A DNA stretch of 52,363 nucleotides, taken from the NCBI GenBank assembly GCA_001275005.1, contig JWZX01002639.1:1-52363 (forward strand). Direction: 5' to 3'. Position 1 is the stretch's first letter, and the number at the start of each line of letters is the position of its first letter. The stretch comes from Chrysochromulina tobinii. Its lineage: Eukaryota. Shown in pieces: positions 1 through 11,285 of this stretch. The notes beneath the pieces were generated by a model. It was not told the DNA's origin and searched no databases. It was given only the letters and a program-made list of their open reading frames with translations. The position numbers and the translations under genes were made by a program.

Positions 1-40
<40 letters not shown>
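1..40. repeat. (AG)n microsatellite at the window edge
   Basis: Perfect AG dinucleotide run 1-40. Confidence 0.95.
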
Positions 41-43
<3 letters not shown>

Positions 44-127
44 AGAGATTCACACTGCTGCCCTCGTGCTACGCGAACGCGTTCGAGCTGCTGAGGCTGC
101 TGCCGCCACTTTCCCGGACGAGACTCT

Positions 128-2311
128 TCATCCCGGCACGGCGGATGGCATGCTACGAGCTAGCTCAGCTGCCGGTCGGCGACCGCCCGCGACACCGGCG
201 CCGAAGGTGGAGGGTTCCTGGGTAAGGTCGAGGCGACGCCCCAGACGATCGGTGCTCATTAATTGGCTTAATTGGCTGGGCGGGCGTGGGCCGAGAGCTT
301 CAGACGACGGCATCGCCATGCTCTTCGCCGCGCTCGCCGCATTCGCCATGCCCTTCGCTGCACTCCAGTTGGCCTTGGTGCCGATGCTGCCGCCCGCGCT
401 GCCGCCAGTGGCGGTGGAGCCGCCGGCGCTACTGCCTTCTTTCGTCGTGCCGTGCGGCGCTGTGGGCACGTAGCGGAGGCTTTCGTGGTACAAGATCTGG
501 CGGCTCTGTTTCCACGTGGGTGCCTTGAGCGCCTCCTTGAGCACGGTCTGCAGCTCGATGACGCACGTGCGCAGCGCGTCCACCTCGCGCTTCTCGGCGA
601 TCGCGTTCTTCAATCGGAAATTGAGTTCGAGCAGCTCCTGGTCGCGCTCAAGCACGTACCGATTGGCCAGGTTCAGGTCCGTACGCAACTGCTCGGCCAC
701 CTTTTCGAGCGCCTCAAGCTTGTCACACGCGGCCGTCGCGAGCGCGCGCAGATTACCACCCTCCGCCTCAGCCGCCCGCAGCCGCGTGGCCGCGGAGCCT
801 TGGTCGCCGTTCAGGTCGCCGATGACCTGCTTCAACGTGGCCACCTCCGTCACTAACTTATCTCGCTCCGCCCCTAAAATGGAATTCTCTTTCTTGCTGG
901 AGGCCAGCTCGGATTTGAGCTTCTTGACCTGATCCGACCACTTGTCTATCTCCGCCTGCTGCTGGACCTTGAGCTGCCCCACCTCGCGCTTCGCCAGTCG
1001 CTCATTCTCGAGCGCAACTGCGGCCATCGTCGCGGCATCTTTGACTGTGGCTTCGACGTAGCGCAGTCGACTCTCTACCTGCTGGATGTGCTTGCGCATC
1101 GGTGCGAGCTCTTCCTCAGCGTTCCGGATCTCGATCGCCATCGCGCTGGAGAGCATGTCGAATTCGCGTCGGTTCTGCTGGAGCTGCTTCTTCACACTCT
1201 CGCGCATCTTGCCGATCTCAGTCCGCAACTCGCTGTCGCAGCCGCGCACCTCGCCCTGGAGCACGGCAATCACGGTGTCGCGGTCGCTCACACCGCTACT
1301 CGCCGCACGGATGCCACTCCACGCTGCATCCTCGAGTGCCGTGAGCTGCGCCTGCAGCCGCGCGTTGATGTTGTTCGACTTGATGACGAGTGAGCGAGCG
1401 GGCCTTCGAAATGGATGGTCGGCGGGCGAAAAGTCGCGCGCGAAGTCACGACCGATGACCTCCGAGGCTGACGCGCATTCCATTCGAACGCGTGCCGAGT
1501 CCGCGATCGTCTGGATGAGAGCATCCTGGTCCGCATCCTTCGGCGCGAAGAGCGGCTCGGGCATCGTGCTCTCGGGGCGTGTGATGAAGACGCGGGCTGT
1601 GGGGGCCTGCCGTGGCTGCCGCGGCTGTTGCTGCAGCAGCACCCTGTACCCGAGCTGCTGCTGCTCCAGCGGCGGCGGCGGCGGCGCGGGCGGCGGCGGC
1701 TGCTCTTGTGACGGCAGCTCGATGCTTGCACTGTTGCGTCGAATCGGCTCGTGCGCACTGTCGCTAAAGGTGGCGCGTCGACCATCACTGCGTGTGCTCG
1801 CGCTTGGACTCGGCCCAGTGTTCGCGGTCCGCAGGGTGGCCAGCTCGTCAGCAGAGAGTGCCAGGCCGCTCGCAACCTTGTGGAGTGCATTTGTACGCGG
1901 TGTGAGCAACCCCTCCGCGGCGGGCACCGGCTGCGTGACCGCCGCAATTTGCAGCTTCGGCGCAGCACGGCGTTCTGCTGCCATGCGCTCGCTGCTGCTG
2001 AGCAGGTTGTCAGCGGCCTGAAGCCTCTGGGCAGCGGCGCTGGCGAGCCCATCAAACTCAAGGCCCTCGACGTGCTCATGCGCGTCGTAGGGACGCACGC
2101 CGGGCCGTTTTGTTCCTTGCTGGTGCCGCGCGAGCACCACCTCACCGCCGCTGGCCGTCATCCAACCGATCTGCGTCGGCCGGTGTACGCCGCGCATGAC
2201 CGTTCCGGTGGGTGGCTTACGATAGGGTGCTGCCGTGCTCGCAGTGTACACCTCTGTAGGGTGCGAGTCGAGCCGTAGCGTCGGCGTGGAGGCGACACCC
2301 TGGAGCTTCAT
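128..2311 (-). CDS. Coiled-coil hypothetical protein
   Basis: Long ORF; first ATG at 2311 (MKLQGV...). The central and C-terminal parts are heptad-like and E/K/L/A-rich. No family motif recognised. Confidence 0.7.
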   Translation of the reverse strand: MKLQGVASTPTLRLDSHPTEVYTASTAAPYRKPPTGTVMRGVHRPTQIGWMTASGGEVVLARHQQGTKRPGVRPYDAHEHVEGLEFDGLASAAAQRLQAADNLLSSSERMAAERRAAPKLQIAAVTQPVPAAEGLLTPRTNALHKVASGLALSADELATLRTANTGPSPSASTRSDGRRATFSDSAHEPIRRNSASIELPSQEQPPPPAPPPPPLEQQQLGYRVLLQQQPRQPRQAPTARVFITRPESTMPEPLFAPKDADQDALIQTIADSARVRMECASASEVIGRDFARDFSPADHPFRRPARSLVIKSNNINARLQAQLTALEDAAWSGIRAASSGVSDRDTVIAVLQGEVRGCDSELRTEIGKMRESVKKQLQQNRREFDMLSSAMAIEIRNAEEELAPMRKHIQQVESRLRYVEATVKDAATMAAVALENERLAKREVGQLKVQQQAEIDKWSDQVKKLKSELASSKKENSILGAERDKLVTEVATLKQVIGDLNGDQGSAATRLRAAEAEGGNLRALATAACDKLEALEKVAEQLRTDLNLANRYVLERDQELLELNFRLKNAIAEKREVDALRTCVIELQTVLKEALKAPTWKQSRQILYHESLRYVPTAPHGTTKEGSSAGGSTATGGSAGGSIGTKANWSAAKGMANAASAAKSMAMPSSEALGPRPPSQLSQLMSTDRLGRRLDLTQEPSTFGAGVAGGRRPAAELARSMPSAVPG

Positions 2312-2377
2312 CTCGAACCCGTCGATGAAGACCGTTCCCGTAAACACGAGACCGTTCCCGCAAACTAACGGCGTAGG

Positions 2378-2406
2378 AAGTCAAGTCAAGTCAAGTCAAG
2401 TCAAGT
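2378..2406 (-). repeat. (GACTT)n pentanucleotide array upstream of the coiled-coil gene
   Basis: About six tandem AAGTC units on +, roughly 70 bp upstream of the ATG at 2311. Confidence 0.85.
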
Positions 2407-2701
2407 CTGGAGCACGTACGATAGGCTTCCGGGTCGTCTGTTGTTTATTAGCTTCCCCGAAGTCGGGTTTGTCATGGCTCTGCCGTGTGACGCCCTTTCA
2501 CGGGACACGGCTGTGAACTCAACGTGAAGGGCCAGATTACAGGGACGGTAACACGGTAACCAGATAGGGGGAATGCGGGAGAGTCCAATGGTCTTATTTA
2601 CCGGTTACTGATTCGTTACCGGTAAACCTTGAGCTAACATTTGCAAACTCCCCGCACCCCTCTGGGAACGCCGCGCCGCCGTATCACCGCGAGTTGAAAT
2701 C

Positions 2702-3766
2702 ATGGCTGCTGCGCGCCCGAAGCTAATCTTGGATTTGGGAATGCATCACGGCGAAGACACTGTCGCCTACTTGAGGCGAGGCTTCAGAGTGGTGGCCATC
2801 GAGGCCAACCCATCGCACATAGATTTCAAGGTAAGAAAACACGGATGCCCACGGACGCGCCTTCTCGATAGCTACATGCAGTGGCTACACAACTTATCGA
2901 TACCTCATTGGGATCCTGATCGGCGTCTCAATCCGGATCACCAATCGGATCACCAATCGGATCTGACCGTGATCAATGCGGCAGTCACTCCTCATGGCGG
3001 CAGTAACACCACCGTCGTCCTGTGCAAGAATGGCGTAAATGGCGTGAGTAGCCACGTGCTTGGCGCGGAGAAGGAGACGTGCGATCGTCCAATCGAGGTG
3101 CTGAGTTTGACCTGCGGCGAACTCATCCTGAGGTATGGTCGGCCGTGGTTTGTCAAGATTGATGTTGAGGGAATGGAGAATGCCTGCATTGAATCGATCC
3201 TTGCCTTGCCCACATCGTTGCTGCCGGAAACGATAGCGTTTGAGAGCCCGCTGCGTGCGCCGACACCGCAGCGTGGTTGGACATGCTCGGGAGCGTGCAT
3301 AGCGGCCTTTGTGCAGATCGTCGATGCTATGAATGCCCGTGGGTATTCCAGTTGGAAGCGCCAGTGGTGGAGGATGCAGAGCAGACCAGGCATGCTTCCG
3401 GATGAGGTGAAGGACAAGGGCAGTGCAGGGCTTGAGACATGGGTGAAGGCCGATGAGGTCAAGGCGACGGCCTGCGGCTTCTTCAACGTCTCTCAATACA
3501 CTAGTCTCAAGAAAAGATGGATATCGCACATCTCAGAGTCGACGGGTTGCGATTTGCACGCCCGGCTGGGCCCGCGTACCACGAGCGCAGAGTCGTCATC
3601 GGGCGCAAGGGCGCCCGTCACAACCATCGCTTCCCAGCTGCTGCATCCCAGATGCAGCGGAGTTCCACTCGAACGATGCCACACGACTCTGAATTCCACC
3701 TACGCCTCGCAGTATGAGTGGAACCGGCTATGCCATGGCGGCGTAGTGACGGTTGTAACCAAGTAA
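2702..3766 (+). CDS. FkbM-family SAM-dependent methyltransferase
   Basis: Motifs ILDLGMHHGED, VVAIEANP, INAAV and FVKIDVEGME are typical of FkbM/Methyltransf_21. Confidence 0.85.
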   Translation: MAAARPKLILDLGMHHGEDTVAYLRRGFRVVAIEANPSHIDFKVRKHGCPRTRLLDSYMQWLHNLSIPHWDPDRRLNPDHQSDHQSDLTVINAAVTPHGGSNTTVVLCKNGVNGVSSHVLGAEKETCDRPIEVLSLTCGELILRYGRPWFVKIDVEGMENACIESILALPTSLLPETIAFESPLRAPTPQRGWTCSGACIAAFVQIVDAMNARGYSSWKRQWWRMQSRPGMLPDEVKDKGSAGLETWVKADEVKATACGFFNVSQYTSLKKRWISHISESTGCDLHARLGPRTTSAESSSGARAPVTTIASQLLHPRCSGVPLERCHTTLNSTYASQYEWNRLCHGGVVTVVTK

Positions 3767-4595
3767 AGACCCACCGGCGGGTGCCACGGCTGAAAAGTGG
3801 TGGGCTTTGGAATTGTGGTGCAATTGTTGTGGTGGGGGCCGCTCTGAACCTCTGTAGAGAACTGTAGAGTTTCTGTAGAGTTTACGTGAGTGACGCAAGG
3901 TCAAATATCACTGAAGCGAAGACGTGCTCCGCTTTATGATTCCGTTAACTTGATTCTACTTAGGTACTCGTTGGTTGCTTGGTTCTAGTTCTAGATCGAA
4001 ATTTGACGTAGAAGAATCGGCGTCGGAAAGGCAAAGCAATGAGGCAAAGTTCTCGTACGTGAGCTCGTTAAGGGATTGAATGTTTAGAAAGCCGCGGGAG
4101 CTCGCCATGGGGGCTAGGCAAAGGGACCGGCGCCGCCGCCCGGCGCCCGCGCGCGCCGCGGCCTCTTGAATCTAACTTGAAATAATCCTGCAATTTGGAA
4201 TCCTGTGCGGTCGGTTTGATTCCTTCGTGGCGGCGGTCTTTGGCGTTGCTTCAACCGGATGTCAACCCGGGAAATTCAAGTCTACCGTACTTGTAGCGCG
4301 TAGGTATACAGAAACAACAGACAAGGCCACATGAAGCCCACACGCAGAGCCCACACGCAGGGCCCACACGTCGACTTTCTTACTTGACTTTGAGTTGACC
4401 GAGGGGTGCGATGCCGTCCTTTGAGTGGTGAGCGCGGCCACCGCGACGAAACTGACTGTCTTGCTTGACTTGACTTTACTGACATGACTTGACCGCCCCT
4501 GTGTAAGGGGGAGGTCAGAACCCCCTTTGCCCTTATACATGTACCCTGTGAAGGCCTGCTGTCTCCACATTGCGTCCACTGCACCTTGGCCAGCC

Positions 4596-5363
4596 ATGTT
4601 GTTCGCGGACAAAAATGCGCTGCGCACGCAGCTGAAGGTTGACATGCTGCGCATCCGCGAGCGCGAGCTTCAATACTACACCAACAACTGCCTCGCCATC
4701 TCGACGTCCGCCGCGCTGCTCGCCGGCTTTGCGTGGTACGGCCTAACCGAGGTACCATTCGACAGCAACGCTAACCCGTTCACGCAGTGCCTTTACCTCG
4801 TGGTCACCACACTCATCATGGGCCTCGAGCTGCTGACCGTCGTCAACGCGACGCTGTGTGCCATCCTCGGGCCCGGCCTGGCGCTGCGCGGGCCCGACGG
4901 CTCGATGCACAATGCCGTGCAGGGCATGATGACGCACTACCGCTTCACGCTCGCGTGCTTCACGCTGGGCCTGATCTGCTTCATGATATCGGCCCTTCTC
5001 TATTCGTGGATGCAGTTCGACTGGACGCTCTCGTTGCCCATGACACTCCTTGTTATCTACTTCCTCATCCTCCTGTACCGATACTACTGGCGCATCTACC
5101 GACGCTTCCGTCTGCCGCCGGATGCGGCCGTCACGGGCGCCTTCAATGTGGGATCGGGCGACGGCGCGAGCTCCTCTTCAGGCTACGACGCGGCGCAGCG
5201 GGCTCAGCAGGAAGCACAGGAACGCGAGTACCAGCGCGAGATGGAGGAAATGCGCAAGACATACGGCCACCTGCCTGAGTCCGTCCGGGCCTCCATGGGC
5301 ATCGGCGGCGCGAGCGGCAACGGGGGCGCGGCCGGCGCAAGTGGCAACGGGGGCGCGCGCTGA
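4596..5363 (+). CDS. Orai (CRAC channel pore)-like 4-TM membrane protein
   Basis: TM1 TSAALLAGFAWYGLTEV resembles Orai TM1 (TSALLSGFAMVAMVEV); four hydrophobic segments; TM3 ends ...LLYSWMQF (Orai ...LLCWVKF). ATG at 4596. Confidence 0.7.
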   Translation: MLFADKNALRTQLKVDMLRIRERELQYYTNNCLAISTSAALLAGFAWYGLTEVPFDSNANPFTQCLYLVVTTLIMGLELLTVVNATLCAILGPGLALRGPDGSMHNAVQGMMTHYRFTLACFTLGLICFMISALLYSWMQFDWTLSLPMTLLVIYFLILLYRYYWRIYRRFRLPPDAAVTGAFNVGSGDGASSSSGYDAAQRAQQEAQEREYQREMEEMRKTYGHLPESVRASMGIGGASGNGGAAGASGNGGAR

Positions 5364-5932
5364 GGGCGAAGCAGGTCTTATACTGTATTAGACAGGGTTG
5401 CGCCATGTGCGCGCGTTTGTGACGTGACTAGCCCGTGTTGTTCGCGCGTGATCGAGCGGTGTCGTTGTGAGGTTGCAGAAGGTTGCATGTCTTGTGAGAA
5501 CAGTAGATCTGAGTGTCTGCCAGAGGAACACAGGTGGCCCAACGCACCGCATCCACCGCGCTTCACGGCGAGCGAGAGGAGACGCCCGTGTCGTGTCGTG
5601 GTGATCGTATATTTAATATTAAGGGAACTCGGGAATTATACTCGGGAAGGATTCTGAAATGGCAAATGGCCAAGCATGATTGTGGAAATGCCGCCTTGCC
5701 GCGCCGCGAGTGTCGCCGTCGAAGACCATGTCGATGACGGCCGCTTGTGTCTTTTCGTGATGCTTTTCGTTCGGCCACTCCTATCTCCTTCACGTTCTTT
5801 CCCCATGGGGGATCGGCCTGACGCAGGCGCGCGTTGCTCGGTATGAAGATGGGAGCCCAAGTACTTGCGGTTCTTGCACTCCCTTGAAGCCCCATTCACA
5901 GTGAAAGGAGGGTTGGCGGCTTGGCGCTCGCA

Positions 5933-6881
5933 ATGCACGGCACAATACTGCTGGTCGCGGTCGCGGTGCTCGCGACACCTGCAGTCGCCGCCGTGTTTAA
6001 CTTAGACGATGGCAACTTTGACACCGATCTCCGCGGTGCCGGTGGATCGTTTGTCAAATTCTATGTGCGCCGGCCACTGCTGCGTGCCCACACACCACTT
6101 GTTTCCTGACGCGGGAGGAGCCACCACACAGCAGCTCTCAAGCGCCCTCGCTGACTCTCTCAGGCGCCGTGGTGCAGTCACTGCAAGAAGCTCGCACCCG
6201 TCTGGCACGAGCTCTCCGAACGCGATCTCGGCAACGTACGCGTCTGCCACCTCGATTTGACTCGTGTCTCTACTGCGAGCACTATCAAGGAGCGCTTTGC
6301 CATCCGCGCGTTCCCAACGCTGCTCTATTTCCCACCCGCGAGTGAGGCCATCTACAAGTACTCTGGCAAACGCGAGCTCGAGGCGCTCACAACCTACGCC
6401 AAAGGCGGCTGGAAGGAGACAGACGCGTTTGACCCTTCAAAGGAGCCGCCGTTGCCCCCGCGACAAAGCTTTACAGAGCAGCTGTGGTCACTCGTGACTG
6501 GCAAAGGCCGCTGGCTCTTCGGTTTCATGGGCATTTCGATCGCCATCGGGATCGGCGTGCTCCTGTGCGCCAGCCCTCGCCAGCACATTAGCGCCTGCTG
6601 CCCTGCCTCCTCCCTCTCCCTCCTCGTTCCTTTCCCTCTCTTCTCTCTTCTCTTTTTCTGGTTTCGTTGAGTTTGGTGAACACTGTCTTGCGCTGCGCAG
6701 GTGCTCGACTGGCAAAGCGCCGGCCAGGCAAGCGCTGCCTAAACCGCCAGACGCCGCCGCTGCTGCCTCGTCGCCCGACCGCACGTTTGGTAATGTGCCA
6801 CTTTCTCAGCAGCAGCGGGGGACGCCGAGTCGCTCGTTCGACAACGTGCCCCTCTCTCAGCAGAGGGCGAAGGCCGATTGA
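5933..6881 (+). CDS. Thioredoxin/PDI-like (TMX-type) membrane protein, 3 exons (5933-6064, 6164-6564, 6701-6881)
   Basis: Signal peptide, then FVKFY|APWCSHCKKLAPVW across the GT-AG intron 6065-6163, a FPTL cis-Pro motif and a C-terminal TM. The second GT-AG intron 6565-6700 leads to ...KAD*. Confidence 0.85.
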
Positions 6882-7966
6882 AAACAGCAGCGCAGAGTGA
6901 TGATGCTAGAGCCCGTGGACTGCCGCATTCCGGCATTGATTCCGTTATGATTCCGTGACCCGATTCTGGTGTGCCAGCGCGCCGTCGGCTGAATCGGATC
7001 CCGGAATCAACGCTCTACGCTGACGACGCCGGTACGCGCGTGTGTCGTACGCTTGCGTGTTGCGGGCAAGTCAGTCGGGAGGTACTGTAGATTGGACGAT
7101 CAACCATAGTAGGGCGGTAGGCGGTGAATCAATAGCACTGTGCATGCGTATTGGAACCGCGTATTCGCTAGTATTCCGCTGGTACGTCGATCGCGCTTAA
7201 GTATCGCTCCGAGAACCTCCGATACCGTACCGATCATATGGTCGCTCGGCAACGAGCGACCAGCGTGTCCACACGGTGGAACACCGTCGTGCGTCGACCG
7301 TGGGGCACGCCGCAGCGTTCCCCGCCGCCGCCGCGCAACCGCGAGCAGTACGCGACGCCCCACCGCGCCCACGCCGGACCGGACGCGGTGCTGCGCGCGC
7401 GGTGGCGACGCGCGTGGCCGACCCGTTCGATCGCACGGGTCAGCGTTAGGTCAGCCGGGCGGCAGGAGAGAGGGGTGCGAATAAGCGCAGCGAGCAGAGA
7501 GGAAACGACCGGCGCGGGCGCGGCGGCGCGGCGCGGCCGCGGCCGGGCCGGCCGGCGGGGCGGCGTAACCAGGACCGACATAAGACCCACATTGACCCAG
7601 AGGACGCGCACTTTCGTACTGGTCCACGGTGACGCTCGGGCCATGTATGATGTAAGATGTATTCGATAACTACGTCGGACCAACGCGTCGAGCGACCTCG
7701 GTTTTACGTATTACGACTCGTTAGCAACGACAATTCGACATATGATGTCGTTTCCTCCGCGCGGGTAGCTCCACCACATGACCGGACGACTTCACCGTCA
7801 CCTCAGCCCTGTCAACGGTCAGCGCCACGCCAAACCACAAACGCAACAGACACCGTAAATGGCGATCCCTCAAACGCACAATCGCGGCCCAACTAGTGCA
7901 CCGCGCACATTCATGGACCAAGCACATAGAGAAGACTTTTTGTCGTAGTCGCCATTTCGGCAATGC

Positions 7967-8431
7967 TCACTGCACGGGCCAGCCACCTCGAATGCGCTGA
8001 CCAAAGGCTACTCCCGGGGCCGTCATCCCATTCATCGAATACTGGGCGGTATCAAGCATCGGGCCATTGTAGTTGGTTTTCCACCTACCCTGCGGGTCGC
8101 CCGCCTTCTGTGGCGTGGTGTCAATGTTGAGCGGGGACGAGACCAGCACGACCTTGTCAACACCCAGCTGCGTATGAAGCCGGTGGATGCGTGCGTTCTC
8201 GGGCGGTATCTGGATGGCCCCTCCCGGTCCAAGAACTCTGCGCTGTTCCATAATGTAATTGATGTTCTTGCTGCGAAGCTCTAGAAGATCATTAGCCATT
8301 TGCGCTTCCGTGCGCTCCGTGAACATCGAGGCTGCCTTAGATTTGGCTTGGAGGATGGATCCCACAGATAAGCCGTCCCTACGGTCTACCTGTGGCACCG
8401 TGGTATGGTGGAACCTCATGCCAACGGGCAT
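7967..8431 (-). CDS. Hypothetical protein (~154 aa)
   Basis: ORF from ATG 8431 (MPVGMRFHH...) with protein-like composition; no motif recognised. Confidence 0.55.
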   Translation of the reverse strand: MPVGMRFHHTTVPQVDRRDGLSVGSILQAKSKAASMFTERTEAQMANDLLELRSKNINYIMEQRRVLGPGGAIQIPPENARIHRLHTQLGVDKVVLVSSPLNIDTTPQKAGDPQGRWKTNYNGPMLDTAQYSMNGMTAPGVAFGQRIRGGWPVQ

Positions 8432-8624
8432 GGTTGAACGATGTTTTGGCAGGAGCAGACCACGCCCCGCGAAGGGCCGTCCAACCGCGAGAAAAAAGGG
8501 CGAAGTCGCGGCCAAATCTAAAAAAACGAAATCCGGAGCGACAATTAAAACGTCTACCGGTAAAAAGACAAACGTCTACCGGTACCGAAGTCAAATCCTT
8601 CTCAGGGAAGAACCTCGTATCGTC

Positions 8625-11285
8625 TTAAATGACTTGCTTTGTCTCTGCTTGCGGCCCGTCGTCGCCGTCGTTAGCGCTACCACCTCCAGCAGCAGGCTTC
8701 TCGCGTTCCGCAGGATCGAACCCGAACGCTTCGTACAACGCATCGCTCATGAAGGCTGCCTTGTAGTCGGCCTTGTCGCGCACACAGCACACGAAGAGCG
8801 TGTCGAGCACGCACGAAAAGACGATTGCGAAGCACTTGGTGATGACAAAGGCCGTGAGCAGCACGAAGCCCGTCGGGTACATGGGCTGCGCGCTCATGCG
8901 CTCGACAAGGGTCGCGTTCGTGAGAAAGGCGCACAGCGCAGGGATGCCGATCAACTGGAGGAGGGTGAGGATCGTGCGTACGAGCGTGTTCAAGGCAAGC
9001 TGAATGGGCTGCCCCATGATGAGAGTGAAGGTGGCGATGCACGACATGCAGAAGCTGGTGCCCTGGAGCGCCGTGTAGATGTAGCAATAGCTGGTAATGA
9101 ACTTGAGGCACTTTTCCAGGCAGTAAAGCGCGCACTTTGCGCACTTGATGGCGTACACCATCATCTTGTTCGTCTCCTGCAGCTTCTTCGTCTGCCGGTC
9201 GAGCGCCTCCATAGCGATGCGAATAAACTGCACGAGCGCGATGATGAACGAACCCATGGCGATCGAGCCGAGGTGGTAGCGCACGGTACGATAAAACGCC
9301 CAGCAGAGCGGAAATCGCGTGCTTTGCTTGGGATCGCGCCGGAAAAAGTACCAGTGGCTGAACTGGCCCGAGAGGGATGTAAAGCACACGCAGCTAAAGA
9401 ATTCGTTGGTCCAGAGGAAGGCGAACAGGATAATTGCATAGCATATGTTCTTGGGCGTCAAGATCGAGGTGCTTGCTGCGACGAGGTCGTCAACGCCGCC
9501 CGAATTCATCGTGGCATTGTTTGCCATAAGCAGCTGTGCAAAGGTGGCGCCCGAGGTGAGCGGGAAGCCCTGCCCGGTGAGATGGTCCATCGTGATGTCC
9601 GCTGTCCCGAGAAAGAGGATGGTGAGGATGAACCATAGCAGCAGAAGCAAAACGGCTGCAAAGTTGAAAAAGGGCGCAACGATTGAGAAGGGACGATCCT
9701 TGATCACGAGGGAGCTTTCCTTGACGAGCGTCGCCGCGAGCCTGATCTTGGCACGCCACAGGAACATGAGGATGAAGTAGATCAGCGTCAAGGCGAGGCA
9801 CCCCCACGCTGCAAGCCTCCAGAGCACCGAGTCGTCACCCTGGGCGCCGGCAGCCGCGTCCCCTAGACCTCCAGGTAGCATGCCCGTGATCTCGGTGGCC
9901 ATCTCATTGGCGTTCTCAAGGGCGTCATTGAGCACCGCCGAAGCGATGGGGGCCGAAGCGTTGGCCGAAGCGTTGTAAGCGGGCCCACTGCCGGCGTCCC
10001 CGATCAAATCGGCTTGCATCTGCGCCGCAGTCGCGAGCATGGCCATCGTATTATTATTCGCGAGCACTTGAGCGACGATTTCGGCGGCCAGCCCGGTGAT
10101 GATGAATAGGTAGCAAGAGAGGAGAAACAGCCCAACCCCGATGGCGATGAGCGCCCCCCAAATGACTGTCTTGGCGAAAAAGCGCAACACGACGAGCCAC
10201 GCGAAGCCGAGAATGACGGGCAAGATGACGCCGTAGACCCAAATTTCGTGCTGCGCCTGCATGATCCCCTCGACGACCTCCTGGCCAGCGGCCATGTGTG
10301 CGGCGATCTGATCGACCACCGGCGAAGGCTCTTGCGACGCTAACCCCGTCACGGTGCTCTCCTGATACTTGATCTCGCATTTGGAACGCTGCGACATGCC
10401 ACGCGGCAGCCAGAGCTTCGGGAAGGTGGCGTCGCACAGCATCCACGGATTGGTCACATTGTCGCACTGCGGCCAGATGCATCGGTCGGGTGCGGCGTTT
10501 GCGGCAACCCGGGCGATGGGCACGCATCGGTTGATGAGCGAGATGGTCGGCAGGCCCTGGAAGTAGAACGAAGCGCCTCCCGCGGCCCTCCACTGACTGG
10601 GCGTGCCATAATCATAGTACATGCACTTTGAGGGGTCGTTGACGCACACGATCGGATCCGTCACATTCGGACATGACTCGACGCACAGACCGTACAGCAC
10701 GAGCTTCCACGGCGCCGTCGTCACGAGCGGCGCCTGCGCGAGCACATCTCGATTGAGGCGCGGGAAGATGACCTTCGGGCGATTGACAAAGGCGCCACGG
10801 CCGCAGCGGTTACCAAGGTAGTCCTTGCCGTATAGGACGGAGTACGGGTCACCCACCGTCATGGATAGGTACATGACGTACATGGCCCCACACCAGAAGA
10901 AGATGAAGATAATCAGGCAGCAGATGTCGGTGCAGCCTCGAGAGCGGAGCGCCTGCGGACCCTCGAGCCCCTTCTCGCCTTCCTTTGCATCCACATCCTT
11001 GGCGCCTTTGTTTGCATCCGCATCCTGAGTGGGAACTTTCTCACCCTTTCGTTTAGCGCGCACGCGCTGCACAACAATCCCGATGCCAACCAATGCACTG
11101 AGGACGATCATTACAGAGATCATGGTCACTCCGGAGAGCACGAATTCAAGGGGCGGCGGTGGCGGGTTACTCGGCGGCGGGCTTGGCGGGCTAGGAGGGT
11201 ACGGCGGCAGTGGCGGCGGCCGCTGGTGCGAGAGGGTGTGATCGAGACCGCGGCGGCTGGACGGGTGCAAAGAGGACCAGCCCAT
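8625..11285 (-). CDS. Choline transporter-like protein (CTL/SLC44 family)
   Basis: RGCTDICCLIIF, YGKDYLGNRCG, RYHLGSIAMGSFIIA, CLEKCLKFIT, YIYTALQGTSFC and DTLFVC are CTL/SLC44 signatures; multiple TMs. Confidence 0.92.
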   Translation of the reverse strand: MGWSSLHPSSRRGLDHTLSHQRPPPLPPYPPSPPSPPPSNPPPPPLEFVLSGVTMISVMIVLSALVGIGIVVQRVRAKRKGEKVPTQDADANKGAKDVDAKEGEKGLEGPQALRSRGCTDICCLIIFIFFWCGAMYVMYLSMTVGDPYSVLYGKDYLGNRCGRGAFVNRPKVIFPRLNRDVLAQAPLVTTAPWKLVLYGLCVESCPNVTDPIVCVNDPSKCMYYDYGTPSQWRAAGGASFYFQGLPTISLINRCVPIARVAANAAPDRCIWPQCDNVTNPWMLCDATFPKLWLPRGMSQRSKCEIKYQESTVTGLASQEPSPVVDQIAAHMAAGQEVVEGIMQAQHEIWVYGVILPVILGFAWLVVLRFFAKTVIWGALIAIGVGLFLLSCYLFIITGLAAEIVAQVLANNNTMAMLATAAQMQADLIGDAGSGPAYNASANASAPIASAVLNDALENANEMATEITGMLPGGLGDAAAGAQGDDSVLWRLAAWGCLALTLIYFILMFLWRAKIRLAATLVKESSLVIKDRPFSIVAPFFNFAAVLLLLLWFILTILFLGTADITMDHLTGQGFPLTSGATFAQLLMANNATMNSGGVDDLVAASTSILTPKNICYAIILFAFLWTNEFFSCVCFTSLSGQFSHWYFFRRDPKQSTRFPLCWAFYRTVRYHLGSIAMGSFIIALVQFIRIAMEALDRQTKKLQETNKMMVYAIKCAKCALYCLEKCLKFITSYCYIYTALQGTSFCMSCIATFTLIMGQPIQLALNTLVRTILTLLQLIGIPALCAFLTNATLVERMSAQPMYPTGFVLLTAFVITKCFAIVFSCVLDTLFVCCVRDKADYKAAFMSDALYEAFGFDPAEREKPAAGGGSANDGDDGPQAETKQVI

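Noticed and set aside
8259..9638. 459-aa plus-strand ORF
   Set aside because: Overlaps the CTL gene antisense plus intergenic DNA; no domain signal.
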